IMG/VR virus record: IMGVR_UViG_3300037067_001255
Location: 1 to 64,000 of that record
DNA: 64,000 bases
From: a virus
Taxonomy: Duplodnaviria > Caudoviricetes
Strand: one strand, 5' to 3'
In this document: positions 39,024 through 49,540 of the stretch, one piece after another
How the letters are laid out: each line of letters begins with the position of its first letter
Position numbering within the stretch: position 1 is the first letter of the stretch
The notes under the pieces: generated by a model
What the model was told of the DNA's origin: nothing
Databases searched by the model: none
Seen by the model: only the letters and a program-made list of their open reading frames with translations
Made by a program: the position numbers and the translations under genes

Positions 39024-39529
39024 AGTTAGGTAGTCAAAGGGAGCAATTAGAGAGTGAAGTAGAGGAGTTTACTCAAAAAGTAAGTGAGAAGTTAGATAGA
39101 CTTGGAATAAAGTCTATTATCAAACCAGAAACAAAGGAGGTGTTGCTTTCACAACCAAGGGATATTTCTAATGTAAGTGACCAAGATATTGGTAGGCTAT
39201 ACTTTGCTGCTCAACAGTGGGCTGCTTATATTTCTGTTTGTGCTTCTCGTGCAGATGCAGAAGCAACATTAGCACATACATATAAAGATAGAGCATATTC
39301 AAGAGCACTATCTGCTTCAGAAGGTTCGGCGGCAGAGGATAGAAAGGCAGAAGCCCTTTTAGCCCCTTTACACCAGGAGTGGAATATGGTATACTTAGAA
39401 AAGAGGGCCCTTTATAGGGAACTTCAAAGTATATCATTGTCTCACGAAAGGATGGCAGAAGCATATTCCCGAGAAATGACAAGAAGAAAGCTGGAATGGG
39501 ATAAAGCTTCGGGATCGCATGGAAATTAA
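39011..39529 (+). CDS. Helical protein, possibly UvsY-like recombination mediator
   Basis: Coiled coil ending SREMTRR; recombination context. Confidence 0.35.
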   Translation: MRDVKLGSQREQLESEVEEFTQKVSEKLDRLGIKSIIKPETKEVLLSQPRDISNVSDQDIGRLYFAAQQWAAYISVCASRADAEATLAHTYKDRAYSRALSASEGSAAEDRKAEALLAPLHQEWNMVYLEKRALYRELQSISLSHERMAEAYSREMTRRKLEWDKASGSHGN

Positions 39530-39839
39530 AGTAATTGAAATGGGAGAAGTAGAGAAGATTTCACGGGTGAAGGCTGATGCAGAGACTGAGGAAGTTTGCA
39601 GAACAGTTCTTAATGCCTTCAAGAAAAGTCAGAAGGTTATCTTCCGCGCAATTGGAGCAGGGGCTATCAATCAAACTATGAAGGGAATTGCTTCGGCAGC
39701 AATTGAATTGAAGAAAGGTCCTATGGGTATTGGAAGAGTATTAGTAGAACCTTTCTGGTTTAATGGTAAGGGAGACAATGACGAAGATATTAGTGGTTTA
39801 GAGTTTAAGGTTGTATATATTGCTAGGGAGGAAAGTTAG
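39519..39839 (+). CDS. spoVS: SpoVS-family (Alba-fold) protein
   Basis: RAIGAGAINQTMKGIA.A....P.W......E.ISGLEFKV. Confidence 0.85.
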   Translation: MEIKVIEMGEVEKISRVKADAETEEVCRTVLNAFKKSQKVIFRAIGAGAINQTMKGIASAAIELKKGPMGIGRVLVEPFWFNGKGDNDEDISGLEFKVVYIAREES

Positions 39840-39840
39840 A

Positions 39841-40119
39841 ATGGGACAAGTAATTGGTAATAAGGAAGAGGAAAAGATCAATGGTGCGTTTATTGTAATT
39901 GTAACAGATAATGGAATTAGGGTGGATGGAAATCCAGATGGCATTAAGGTAGAGAAGGCAATGTCAATGGAAGAGATTGTTAGTGTAGCAGAGAGGTTTG
40001 TAGAGAATGTAAAGATGCAAGCACAGGCTAATATGACAGCTAATGCAATGATGCAAAAGATGGCTCAGTTGCAACAACTTCAGGGCAAGGTTATCAAGCC
40101 TCCGATGGGGCTGGTGTAG
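39841..40119 (+). CDS. Hypothetical protein
   Basis: GGAGG RBS. Confidence 0.6.
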   Translation: MGQVIGNKEEEKINGAFIVIVTDNGIRVDGNPDGIKVEKAMSMEEIVSVAERFVENVKMQAQANMTANAMMQKMAQLQQLQGKVIKPPMGLV

Positions 40120-40276
40120 ATGCAGATCGTTATAAATGATTTATACACTCCGTGGGCAATCTTTTTACTTGGGGCAGTAGTTGGATGGTTCTTGAGATAT
40201 GGATACCAGAGACTTATAAATCATTTATACCAGAAGAAGATTAAGAATGATGCTTATCTATTTAGGGGAGGATTAA

Positions 40277-40870
40277 ATGCCCCGTGATGCTTTCCTCGGA
40301 CCACAAGCAAAGAGAAAAGTAGTTGAGGAATGTAAACCAATAAGCGAAGAAGAAATAGTAGAAGAGGAGCCAGAAGAAGATCATCATATAGACATTGTTT
40401 TAATAGTAAATGCACTGAGAAGTAAGGTGGTAGCAAAGTTAGTTTGTGACTTTTTAGAGAAAGAGATACTAACAAACGTAGAAGTAGTAAATGCATTTAG
40501 GGAAGCACGGGCTCTAAAAGGTGAGTCAGATTGTGATGGGTGTCTCTACAGGGATGTATGTGATAAGTGCAGTAAGGGCGGGAACTGTAAACTTGTAGAG
40601 AATATCAGTGTATCAATTACAAACCGGGAAGATGTAGAGAAGTTGTTGATGGACTCTTTACAAGATGCAGTAACTACTCTTCGGCGGGCTGAAGCATTAG
40701 CGAGAGAAAGACCTCCTAAAGTAAAACTAAGTGATGTAGTCTATCTAAGACGTGCTGTTTTTGAGTATGGGGAGAAGTTAAGGAAAGCAATGGCCCCGGT
40801 GGAATCTGAAGAGAAGTTAAGTGTTAGTGAAAAACTTGGTATTAGGAAACACGGAAATGTTACTTCGTAG
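40277..40870 (+). CDS. Possible terminase small subunit
   Basis: Position directly upstream of and overlapping terL only. Confidence 0.35.
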   Translation: MPRDAFLGPQAKRKVVEECKPISEEEIVEEEPEEDHHIDIVLIVNALRSKVVAKLVCDFLEKEILTNVEVVNAFREARALKGESDCDGCLYRDVCDKCSKGGNCKLVENISVSITNREDVEKLLMDSLQDAVTTLRRAEALARERPPKVKLSDVVYLRRAVFEYGEKLRKAMAPVESEEKLSVSEKLGIRKHGNVTS

Positions 40871-42494
40871 TCTTGCTCCACGAGATGATGATATAGAAGA
40901 AATCATTGAAAAGATTATACATCTTGCTGAAGCAATAGATGTAGAAATTGATGATGGTTTCTATCCCTATCAGAAGAAGTTTGCTTGGCGGATTATTGAA
41001 AGTGTAATAGTCAATGATGGGGATGAAATCATCGGAGAGTGGGCAAGACAGTCTGGAAAGTCAAGATGTATTGGATCAATCATTCCACCTATGATGGTGG
41101 TTCTTCCTTCATTAGCTGTTGATTCTTACTTTGAGAATACCTCAATTGGAAGATTTAAGCGGGGGATGAAGAATGGGGTATTCGCACCAGCAACAAAACA
41201 AGCAGCAAACTTGTATGATAAGATCAGGTTAAACATACAAACAGATGAATTCGGGGAATTGATAGATGCATTAGGAATAACAATAGTAGGAGATAGTTCC
41301 AGCAAACTTACTCTTAAGCATCCAAATAGTACACAGTCATTTGTAGTGGTTCAGTCAGCAGACCCAGATGCAAGTATTGAATCACATACATTTGACTTAA
41401 CTATTATAGATGAAGCGCAGGATGCTGATAGTACAGTTTGTACAAAGTCAATTCACCCAATGTCAGCGGCAACAAATGGAACGATTGTAAAGATTGGTAG
41501 TGCCTCAACAGACATTTCCAACAACAATTTCTATGATACCATTCAGCAACATAAAGATGATCCAAGGTATCACTTTAGGTTTGATAGTGATGTAGTAGAA
41601 AGATACAATCCAAGGTATAGAGAGTTCCTGCACAAAGAGCGGGGTAGGTTAGGGGAAGATTCAACGTCATATCAGATGAGTTATAAACTTGTCTGGCCCA
41701 CAGAACAAGGAATGTTCTTAACGGAAGATCAGTTCATGGGGCGAGGGGATTGGATAGGTAGAGGGTTTGTAGGAAGTTTTGGGTGGGTAGCAGAGAAAAG
41801 AAGTGGTATGCAAGTAGCAGGACTGGACTGGGCAAAAGAAGGGGATACAATTGTTACAATAGGAGATATTCAATTAGATACAATATTTGAGATTGAGAAT
41901 GAGAAGTATTTTGATCTACATATCATAAACTTCTTAATCTTAAACGGGTTTGACTACGAAGTTCAGTATCCACAGATTGTGGATTTCTTGTCATTATACA
42001 ATATAGTTCAGATGCACACGGATGCAACGGGAGGGTCGGTTGGTGATCCTCTCTTAGATAAGTTGTTACATGATACAGACCTTATGCACATACAGATAGA
42101 AGGTGTTGGGTTTACTTCAGTTAATAAGTCAAGGTTGTATAAACAGGGGCAGCAGGAAATACAGGCGGGAAGACTAAAAGTAGCGGGATCAACAAATGCA
42201 CAAAGATCAAAGATATTTGAGATAGTGAAAAGTGAGTTCTTAGGACTGAGAAAACAGCACAAGGCTAATAACATTCTAAAGGTAGAGAAGAATCCAAAGA
42301 GAAAAGATGCAAAGGATGATATTCCAGACTCAGTAATGTTATGTATGGATGCGGCAAAAAGATATATGCTGTATGACTCTACTTCAGATTCTAATCCTCT
42401 AAACGTGTTTGAAAAGAATAGAGCAGGATTTGAATCTGCTTCAATAGGTATGCGTAGAATGGAAACTGGATTCAAACGAGTTATTAGGCGTTAG
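40857..42494 (+). CDS. terL: Terminase large subunit
   Basis: YPYQ, ARQSGKS, IIDEAQ, GLDWA, DATG, DDIPDS. Confidence 0.92.
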   Translation: MLLRSLAPRDDDIEEIIEKIIHLAEAIDVEIDDGFYPYQKKFAWRIIESVIVNDGDEIIGEWARQSGKSRCIGSIIPPMMVVLPSLAVDSYFENTSIGRFKRGMKNGVFAPATKQAANLYDKIRLNIQTDEFGELIDALGITIVGDSSSKLTLKHPNSTQSFVVVQSADPDASIESHTFDLTIIDEAQDADSTVCTKSIHPMSAATNGTIVKIGSASTDISNNNFYDTIQQHKDDPRYHFRFDSDVVERYNPRYREFLHKERGRLGEDSTSYQMSYKLVWPTEQGMFLTEDQFMGRGDWIGRGFVGSFGWVAEKRSGMQVAGLDWAKEGDTIVTIGDIQLDTIFEIENEKYFDLHIINFLILNGFDYEVQYPQIVDFLSLYNIVQMHTDATGGSVGDPLLDKLLHDTDLMHIQIEGVGFTSVNKSRLYKQGQQEIQAGRLKVAGSTNAQRSKIFEIVKSEFLGLRKQHKANNILKVEKNPKRKDAKDDIPDSVMLCMDAAKRYMLYDSTSDSNPLNVFEKNRAGFESASIGMRRMETGFKRVIRR

Positions 42495-42546
42495 CTAACT
42501 GGGAAGCTATAAATGATTTATATTTCTTCTAATTGAGGCTATCTCT

Positions 42547-44163
42547 ATGCGACCATCCTATATGTCTTCCGCAGCAGATACAGTAGCAAAAACTCCTTTT
42601 GCTCTAACGTCTCAACAAAGGAGATTGCGGGAGGCATATCGTCGTAGATGGTTGTATTACTTAGGGATGCAAGCTGCTTACTTAGAGGAGCCGGGAGAAA
42701 GTCAGTTAATCATTAACTATTGTCAGGCACTTACTGACAAGATCAATGATTTTATGTTTGGTAGTGGATTTAGTTTCAAAGGCAACCAGGACCTATGGCC
42801 TTTTGTAGAACCCATTATCTCAAAGGTGTGGAGTGGTACAAACAAGATTCTATTCGGCTTAGAACTTGGGCAGATGGGTTCAGTAACTGGTGATGTTTAT
42901 ACAAAGGTATGGTGGGATGATGACATTTATTCTCCTACCTATGGTACTGTGCAGTTCTCAACACTCCAGTCTTCTTCTGTCATTCCTCTTTGGGAACCGG
43001 GGAGAGCAGGAAAAGATAGAAAGATGATGGAGTGTCGTACTGTTCAGATTGAAGAAGAGTATTTAGATGATGCAGGCGGGGAACCAACAAAGGTTTACTA
43101 TACTACAGTCTATACCCCGATGGAGATTGTAAGATATAGAAACTCTGCAGTTATATCACATACGGAAAATCCTTTGGGCGAAATACCAATTGTTCATATT
43201 CAAAATATGGTATTAGCGGCAGAGGCCCAAGGTATTAGTGATATTGAGGGCATTGTAGAAATTCAAAAAGAGATCAATGAAAAGACGACCTCAATTGGTC
43301 AGATCATTGATTACATGGGATACCCTCTTACTGCCGCTTACGGAATTAAGAAAGGACAAATTGAGGTAGGTCCTAATCGTATCCTCTACCTTCCGGCCAA
43401 AACTCATGGGGCGGAAATTACAAACATTGAGAGAAATGCAGACCTTCGTGCATCTACAGAACATCTTGCACACATGAAGGAAGCCGCACACGAAATGGCT
43501 GGGGTGCCAGAAGCATCATTAGGAAAGATGCAGCCCATTAGTAATACTTCTGGTGTAGCCTTACACATGCAGTACCAGCCAATAGTACATAGAACAAATA
43601 GAAAGAAAGCAACTTATGGTCCGGGGTTGGTAGAGCTAACTCGCTTAGGAATGAAGATGTGCCAGTTATATGATCCGACAGTAACAGAGGGAAGATTTAG
43701 TGTAGAAATAGGAAATGCTATCAAGGGTGCAGACTTAAGACTACAACAAGCATTTCCGGTAGGAATGATGATTCAAGTTGGGGTAACGGGGGATGATTGG
43801 AGAGCACTGCAACTTGAAACTTCATGGCCCAATATCCTACCAAAAGATATTCTCATGGAACTTGAGATGGCACGTTCAGTTATGGATATGCAGCTTGTTC
43901 CTAAGAGAAATGTTCTTAAGAAGGTTATTGAGTCCGGGGCATTAGATGTACCATTAGAGGAAGTAGATGAACTAATAGAGGCGGCGGCAACAGAAGCACT
44001 TCAGCAGCAACAGTTAGAGATGTATGGAGGAATGATGGGAGGATATGGCGGGGAACCAATTACAGGACAAAATGAACAGGGGCCGGGATCAGGAAGTGCA
44101 ATGCAGGCTCCAGAAGAAACAGTAAAGGGGTCAACTAAAGAAGAAGATAAGAAGTCAAGGTAA
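42547..44163 (+). CDS. Portal protein (SPP1 gp6-like)
   Basis: YYLG, NYC, NPLGEIPIVHI.N, G.SDI, SG.AL; follows terL. Confidence 0.88.
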   Translation: MRPSYMSSAADTVAKTPFALTSQQRRLREAYRRRWLYYLGMQAAYLEEPGESQLIINYCQALTDKINDFMFGSGFSFKGNQDLWPFVEPIISKVWSGTNKILFGLELGQMGSVTGDVYTKVWWDDDIYSPTYGTVQFSTLQSSSVIPLWEPGRAGKDRKMMECRTVQIEEEYLDDAGGEPTKVYYTTVYTPMEIVRYRNSAVISHTENPLGEIPIVHIQNMVLAAEAQGISDIEGIVEIQKEINEKTTSIGQIIDYMGYPLTAAYGIKKGQIEVGPNRILYLPAKTHGAEITNIERNADLRASTEHLAHMKEAAHEMAGVPEASLGKMQPISNTSGVALHMQYQPIVHRTNRKKATYGPGLVELTRLGMKMCQLYDPTVTEGRFSVEIGNAIKGADLRLQQAFPVGMMIQVGVTGDDWRALQLETSWPNILPKDILMELEMARSVMDMQLVPKRNVLKKVIESGALDVPLEEVDELIEAAATEALQQQQLEMYGGMMGGYGGEPITGQNEQGPGSGSAMQAPEETVKGSTKEEDKKSR

Positions 44164-44170
44164 ATAGATT

Positions 44171-45748
44171 ATGGATACTACTACTATTGATTCCTTGACT
44201 ATAGATAATGATAAAAGAATGCTTATGGCTAGAAAGGAATCAGAAGCACAGTCTAATTTTATGGTCTCAAGGATAATAAGAGGCTTGGAAAAAGACAATG
44301 AAATAAGATTGGGGCTAAATGAGCAGTTACTTCCTAACGGTAATAAGATACCGGGCCACAGAATAAGTAAATGGGTGTCAAAAAACAAAGATACTATCAG
44401 GGGTCTAGTAGAAGATGCAGCTAAAGAGCATGAGTTTAAGGAATCTATAAAACAGAGACTTCACACAACATTATCAAAAGGCGTAGAAGAAGGAATAGAT
44501 GATGCTGTTGGGTTGTTAGTTGGACAAGGTGTGGACGTGGATTTTGAAAGTGTATTAGATGTTGCTTCTATCAACAGAGAGATACTGAATACTCATATTA
44601 GGGATAGGTTTCCTTTTAGAAGAAGAGAAGATAGAGGAATATGGGAAGAGGGGGTTTCATTTGATACTCTTCCTGGGGAAGAGCCCGAGGGATATGGTGA
44701 TAGAGAATACAAGATTAGACCGGGACCTAATGATTATAGGATAGGATATAGGGCAGATAAGGATGAGGGAGAAGGACTAAGTCCAAATCTGAACAACAGA
44801 GTAGACAGGACTATAAATGATTTATTAGGCGATTCACATTCATTGGTATCAGAAAGTATGCGTGCATTGAGTGATGTTAGGTCAATACCTGGTGGTATTA
44901 GTGAAAAAAGAGAATCTCTTATTCCGGCAACGGTAATTGGCAAGACAATTAGTGGAAAAATGAAGATGCTATTTGTAAGTGAGAGAAACAGGGCCTATCA
45001 GAGAGCAGTTATTAGCTTAACAGCTAAATTGGGGATAAAGTTTGTTAAGTGGAATCTAAGATCAGGACATGGTGTAATATTAGGTAAATACAAGATGGTT
45101 CGTGATTGGTGTGATGATATAGCCTGTACACCAATAGAAGTTAGTTTAAGAAGATGGCCGGAGCAGATAAAAGCTCTTAGGGATTGGAATGAAACTGGAT
45201 TCTTCAAGGATGCAAAAAAAGGTAAAACATCCTTTCCAATAGAAGAGGGTCCAGTTGATATTATAAATAAGGAGAATATTAGAAAGGTTACACTTAGCCC
45301 TTTAGTAGGGATATTTAACTCTGTTCAGATTGTACAGAGAAAAATCCCAACTATTGTATATAAGTGGAATTTCTCAAAAGGAGTACAGATATTTTACGAC
45401 AGGGTAGAGAGGGAGCTTTTTGTTCCTCCACACCCATTTTGTAGTTGTATTATGATTCCACTGTTTAATTCTAAAGATGTAGAAGGTTCTACAAGGGGTG
45501 GAAAAGCCGGAGAAGAGATGAGAAATAGGTTGTTGTCTCTGGAGAATCAAGAGAGGGCGGCAGATATAGAACAAGGAATGGCTTCGGGGGAAATGTCAGA
45601 TAGTGTTCTATTAGCACTCTTAGCAGATATGTTAGAGTCAGATGATCTTGCAAAGGTATACATGGAACCAGTTAAAGAATACGGTACAGATGCAGTATTC
45701 CTTCCTCCTGAGGTGGTGATAGAACTTCCAGAAAGACAAGTTGCATAA
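44171..45748 (+). CDS. Head morphogenesis (MuF-like) protein
   Basis: SE.NRAY, WCD, PPHPFCSC; follows portal. Confidence 0.65.
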   Translation: MDTTTIDSLTIDNDKRMLMARKESEAQSNFMVSRIIRGLEKDNEIRLGLNEQLLPNGNKIPGHRISKWVSKNKDTIRGLVEDAAKEHEFKESIKQRLHTTLSKGVEEGIDDAVGLLVGQGVDVDFESVLDVASINREILNTHIRDRFPFRRREDRGIWEEGVSFDTLPGEEPEGYGDREYKIRPGPNDYRIGYRADKDEGEGLSPNLNNRVDRTINDLLGDSHSLVSESMRALSDVRSIPGGISEKRESLIPATVIGKTISGKMKMLFVSERNRAYQRAVISLTAKLGIKFVKWNLRSGHGVILGKYKMVRDWCDDIACTPIEVSLRRWPEQIKALRDWNETGFFKDAKKGKTSFPIEEGPVDIINKENIRKVTLSPLVGIFNSVQIVQRKIPTIVYKWNFSKGVQIFYDRVERELFVPPHPFCSCIMIPLFNSKDVEGSTRGGKAGEEMRNRLLSLENQERAADIEQGMASGEMSDSVLLALLADMLESDDLAKVYMEPVKEYGTDAVFLPPEVVIELPERQVA

Positions 45749-45754
45749 TAGGTA

Positions 45755-45783
45755 TTGACAATTATACCTGTTAGAAGTATAAT
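45755..45783 (+). promoter_or_regulatory. Consensus sigma70 promoter of the capsid operon
   Basis: TTGACA-17 bp-TATAAT. Confidence 0.85.
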
Positions 45784-45842
45784 ATAGTATCAGAGTGACA
45801 GTCTGGAAGGTTTTCTACAATAAGTAAAGGAGAGTAAATAAG

Positions 45843-46052
45843 ATGCCAGCAAACAGTGTAGGGACTCGTCCGCACACGATGTACATGGTGGAAGATGGTA
45901 AGCTTCATGCAACGATGGCCGGTGGAGTTATGGTAGGCAAGGGTGCCTCCAAGGATAAGCCGAGAGTGCCGGTGCGCAATGCCGAGGCTGGAATTGATAA
46001 CCCGTCTGATAGTGGTAGTCTTATTGACCACATGGAGAGCACGTCCCCCTAA
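45843..46052 (+). CDS. Small hypothetical protein
   Basis: AAGGAG RBS; first gene after promoter. Confidence 0.6.
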   Translation: MPANSVGTRPHTMYMVEDGKLHATMAGGVMVGKGASKDKPRVPVRNAEAGIDNPSDSGSLIDHMESTSP

Positions 46053-46111
46053 CAGCCATTAAGGGGCTGTTGTAGTAGACTATAAATCATTTATAAGGGA
46101 GCAAGAGAGAA

Positions 46112-46915
46112 ATGCCGGATCAAGTCGAGGATCAGCAGACGCAAACACCAGAGACAACTACCGAGACACCGACAACTACAAAGCCAGACCCTCTTCCCAG
46201 AGAAGCAAGAGAGCTTCTGAAGTCGAAGGCTCCTGGTCTGGATGAACTGCTTGATCGAACCCGTGCTCAAGAATCACAGAAGGTGCGGGGGGATATTGAG
46301 GCCACAAAGAAGCGTGCAGAAGAGGCCGAAGCCGAGGCAAACTCCCTAAAAGCAAGACTGGCAGAGATTGAAGGAAAGAACTTAGAGGCAATTGCTACGA
46401 GACAGAATGGTTTGGAACAACAGAGTGCAAGTAGTGTTTCTGCACTTGAGCAGAGACTTTCTCAACTTGAGACAAGTATCGAAAGAGTATTGGACTATGC
46501 ACAGACTAGTTCTATTCAGACAAGGCGTTCAGTAATTCTTAGTCAGTTGCCGGAAGATACTCTTCCCAAGGAGTTTCATTCCTTGGTGAAGGGGACTACT
46601 GATGAGGAATTGCAGAATTCTTTAGAAGAAGCAATTAGTGTTTGGAGTTTGCTTAAGCAGAAGACACAGCCACAACAAAGTCAGCAGCAACCTGGCTTTT
46701 TGCCAGTAAGTCAACAGGAAGTAAATCCGGCCTTAGGCGGGCCAGAGAATGGCGGCACACTACAACAAGGTGTGATACCGACAGCAGATTCAGTTCGGGA
46801 AATGGCACAGAGAGCTATGAGAACTGGTGGACGGGTTGACCAAAATCAACTTATGGGTGTTTTGGATCAAGCAGATCAAGTTATCAATGCAGAACTTCTA
46901 AAACAAGAGCAGTAG
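46112..46915 (+). CDS. Capsid scaffolding protein
   Basis: Coiled coil, V.G.T.EE motif, directly before MCP. Confidence 0.7.
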   Translation: MPDQVEDQQTQTPETTTETPTTTKPDPLPREARELLKSKAPGLDELLDRTRAQESQKVRGDIEATKKRAEEAEAEANSLKARLAEIEGKNLEAIATRQNGLEQQSASSVSALEQRLSQLETSIERVLDYAQTSSIQTRRSVILSQLPEDTLPKEFHSLVKGTTDEELQNSLEEAISVWSLLKQKTQPQQSQQQPGFLPVSQQEVNPALGGPENGGTLQQGVIPTADSVREMAQRAMRTGGRVDQNQLMGVLDQADQVINAELLKQEQ

Positions 46916-46963
46916 GGATATTTTTGTAGTGTGTCTCCTTAAAACAAAAGGGAGACACCAGAT

Positions 46964-47884
46964 ATGGCAAACCAGTGGAATAGGGCAACGGCGGGGGCTT
47001 ATGCCCTTACCGATGCGATTAGAACAGTCTATTCAAGTCTCATTATGTTTGCGGCGCAGCCAGTGGAACGTTATGCACAGTTCGCGGAAATTCGTGAGGA
47101 ACTGGGCGTAGTTCCTGGTTTGACGATTCAGTTTATGAAGTACGACGGGCTTAGCGACGCTACCGACCTTACTGAGACGACTGATATGGAAGTAGAAGCG
47201 ATGGCTACTTCTACTGTTAGTATTACTGTTGCAGAGAAGGGTAAGGCCGCTGGTGTTACCGAACTTCTTCTGCAGAGTGCCTTCACCGATGTTATGGCCG
47301 ATGCGTCGACTCAACTGGGCCACAACTTTGCGAAGAAGGAAGACACCGATCTTCGCACTACGGTTATTGCTGTGGGTAATGTGAAGTATGCGTGGTCTGG
47401 TGGAACTGCAGCAGCTAGTCGTGCTGCGCTTACTAGTGCCCATAAGTTTGATACCAACCTAATTAAGGATGGTGCCGAACTTCTCGCCATTAACAATGTT
47501 CCTAAGGTTGGCGGAGAGTTCTGGGTCTGCTTCGTGCATCCTCACCAAGCACGGGCGCTTCGTGACGACTCTGCTTGGATTTCCGCGAACGAGTATGCTG
47601 GTGCCCGCGCGATCTTCCTCGGTGAATGCGGGATGTATGAAGATACCATCTTCATTGAGACTACTCAGCAGCCCAAGCTGACTGGTTCTGGTCTCGCTGG
47701 CGCGGATGTTTATCAGGCGGTTATGTTTGGTGACATGTTCTATGGTTATGCTATTAGTCTTCCTGTAGAACTTCGCGATAATGGTGTTCAGGACTTCGGT
47801 CGCAAGCACGCCCTTGCGTGGTACTCTATTTATGGTTCTGGTCTTCTGCAGAGTGGCTTCGGTACTCGCCTGGAATCCGGCTAG
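46964..47884 (+). CDS. Major capsid protein (N4-gp56-like HK97 fold)
   Basis: PG.TI.F.KY, V..E.G, FVHP.Q...LR.D..W, GE.G.YE...FIET, DFGR...LAWY; biased codon usage. Confidence 0.9.
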   Translation: MANQWNRATAGAYALTDAIRTVYSSLIMFAAQPVERYAQFAEIREELGVVPGLTIQFMKYDGLSDATDLTETTDMEVEAMATSTVSITVAEKGKAAGVTELLLQSAFTDVMADASTQLGHNFAKKEDTDLRTTVIAVGNVKYAWSGGTAAASRAALTSAHKFDTNLIKDGAELLAINNVPKVGGEFWVCFVHPHQARALRDDSAWISANEYAGARAIFLGECGMYEDTIFIETTQQPKLTGSGLAGADVYQAVMFGDMFYGYAISLPVELRDNGVQDFGRKHALAWYSIYGSGLLQSGFGTRLESG

Positions 47885-47936
47885 AAGTTTGCTGACTATA
47901 AATGATTTATACCTATAGTCACGGAGGTGACAATAC

Positions 47937-48239
47937 ATGCCGAAGGCCGGATATAAGGAAAACTTGGATAAGGCCTGCAAGCAGTCTGCAGAGACTAGTG
48001 TTCTAAATGGCGGGACACTGACTCTCACCATTAGCGACCTGGACATTCATACCAAGATTCCATTTGCAACTGTGGTGTCTGTGGCTACTGATACAATTAC
48101 CTACTCCCCGACTGGTGTTACCTTGGTGGGGGTAAGGGATACTGCAGCAAATACTGTGACGTTCACGGCTACGAATAGCTCAGGCGGGACACTAGTGCTT
48201 GCTATTATTGCACTGGCGTTTGACTTTGCATCATCTTAG
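47937..48239 (+). CDS. Probable capsid decoration/structural protein
   Basis: Thr-rich beta protein right after MCP. Confidence 0.5.
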   Translation: MPKAGYKENLDKACKQSAETSVLNGGTLTLTISDLDIHTKIPFATVVSVATDTITYSPTGVTLVGVRDTAANTVTFTATNSSGGTLVLAIIALAFDFASS

Positions 48240-48253
48240 GAGGCAAGATAGAA

Positions 48254-48577
48254 ATGGCTGGCAAGAAAGTAACTGAGAGAGTCGGAAAAGCACTAGGTAC
48301 TGCTCTTGATGTGGGAAAGAGGGCTGCTAGCAAAGTAACTAGTGGTGCTAAGGCTGGCTATGGTGCTGCTAAGGGACAGGCACGTGCTGCATACAGCGAT
48401 GTTAAGGTTGCAGCGAGTAGGGGTTCAAAGACTGATACTCCTGGTACTCGCAAGTATGTTAAGGGTGCCCGTGTTCGCACAGGGCTTCGCGGTGCAGCAT
48501 TAGCTGCTGGTGCTACTGGTGCTGTGAAGGGTGCAAAGGCAATCCAGAAGAAGCGGGCAGCAAAGAAAGCTAAGTAA
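48254..48577 (+). CDS. Basic Lys/Ala/Gly-rich (histone-like) protein
   Basis: Composition; ends KKRAAKKAK. Confidence 0.6.
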   Translation: MAGKKVTERVGKALGTALDVGKRAASKVTSGAKAGYGAAKGQARAAYSDVKVAASRGSKTDTPGTRKYVKGARVRTGLRGAALAAGATGAVKGAKAIQKKRAAKKAK

Positions 48578-48578
48578 G

Positions 48579-49526
48579 ATGAGAATAGCCTTTTCCCGAA
48601 TAGGTGGTTTCGGGGACGGTTTGGTGGCAACGGCAGCAGTGTCAGGTATTAGAACAAAGTTTCCAGAAGCACAGATTACTGGTTATCTGTACTCGTCTAC
48701 TTATCAGATGTTTGCGGGGAATAAAGACGTAGACAAGTTAGTAGAGATAACTATTAGTCCAAGTAGAATACCAGAAGAAACGATTAGAGAAACTGTTAAG
48801 GATAAGTGGGATATCTTCTATGATCTAAAACCGATACCTGTAGTATACTTCAAGGAAGACTATGAAAACTACAGGACAGAACAGAATATACTGTGGGGTG
48901 ACAGACTAAAGACGCTCAATTCTGGCTATATAGATAGCTGCAGAGAATTGAGCGTCTTTGGTTTAGGGCAGTTGGAACTAATGTCCGAAGTATTAGATAT
49001 ACCATTAGGTAGGATGAAAACTAAGTTTAAGAGAACTACTAATAACTACATAACAATCTGCAATGAGGCATGGGGGGAAGCCCCCACAAAGACGTGGTAT
49101 CAAGAAAGATGGAAAAAAGTAATAGAGTTCATTATCTATCATGCACAGTTAGATGCAGTATTTCAGATTGGGGAATTCAGAACAGAGACAATGACAGGAT
49201 GTACAAACCTCACAGGTACACAGAATCTAAGATCGGCTTGCGAAATAGTGGCCGGGTCAAAACTTCACTTAGGAATAGAAGGTTTCTGGAATCATTTCTG
49301 TAAAGCATTAGAGATACCAGCAGTTATTATCTTTGGCCCGACACCAAGTTCATTTTTTGGTTATCAGGAAATAAGTAATATCCAAAGTGAAGTTTGTAAT
49401 AACTGTTGGTGGCAGAAGAAGACTTGGATGCTTGAGTGTCCAAAGGGCTTCTCAATAAACGACAGGTCTTGTATGAATGATATAACAGTAGAGAGAGTAA
49501 TTGCTGAAGCTATAAATCATTTATAG
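48579..49526 (+). CDS. Glycosyltransferase family 9 (heptosyltransferase-like)
   Basis: RIGGFGDGL, KTW..ERW, NLTG..NL, G.EG..NH, IFGPT, C..C...C...CM.DI.VE.V. Confidence 0.85.
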   Translation: MRIAFSRIGGFGDGLVATAAVSGIRTKFPEAQITGYLYSSTYQMFAGNKDVDKLVEITISPSRIPEETIRETVKDKWDIFYDLKPIPVVYFKEDYENYRTEQNILWGDRLKTLNSGYIDSCRELSVFGLGQLELMSEVLDIPLGRMKTKFKRTTNNYITICNEAWGEAPTKTWYQERWKKVIEFIIYHAQLDAVFQIGEFRTETMTGCTNLTGTQNLRSACEIVAGSKLHLGIEGFWNHFCKALEIPAVIIFGPTPSSFFGYQEISNIQSEVCNNCWWQKKTWMLECPKGFSINDRSCMNDITVERVIAEAINHL

Positions 49527-49540
49527 TGAGGAGGGCAGTA

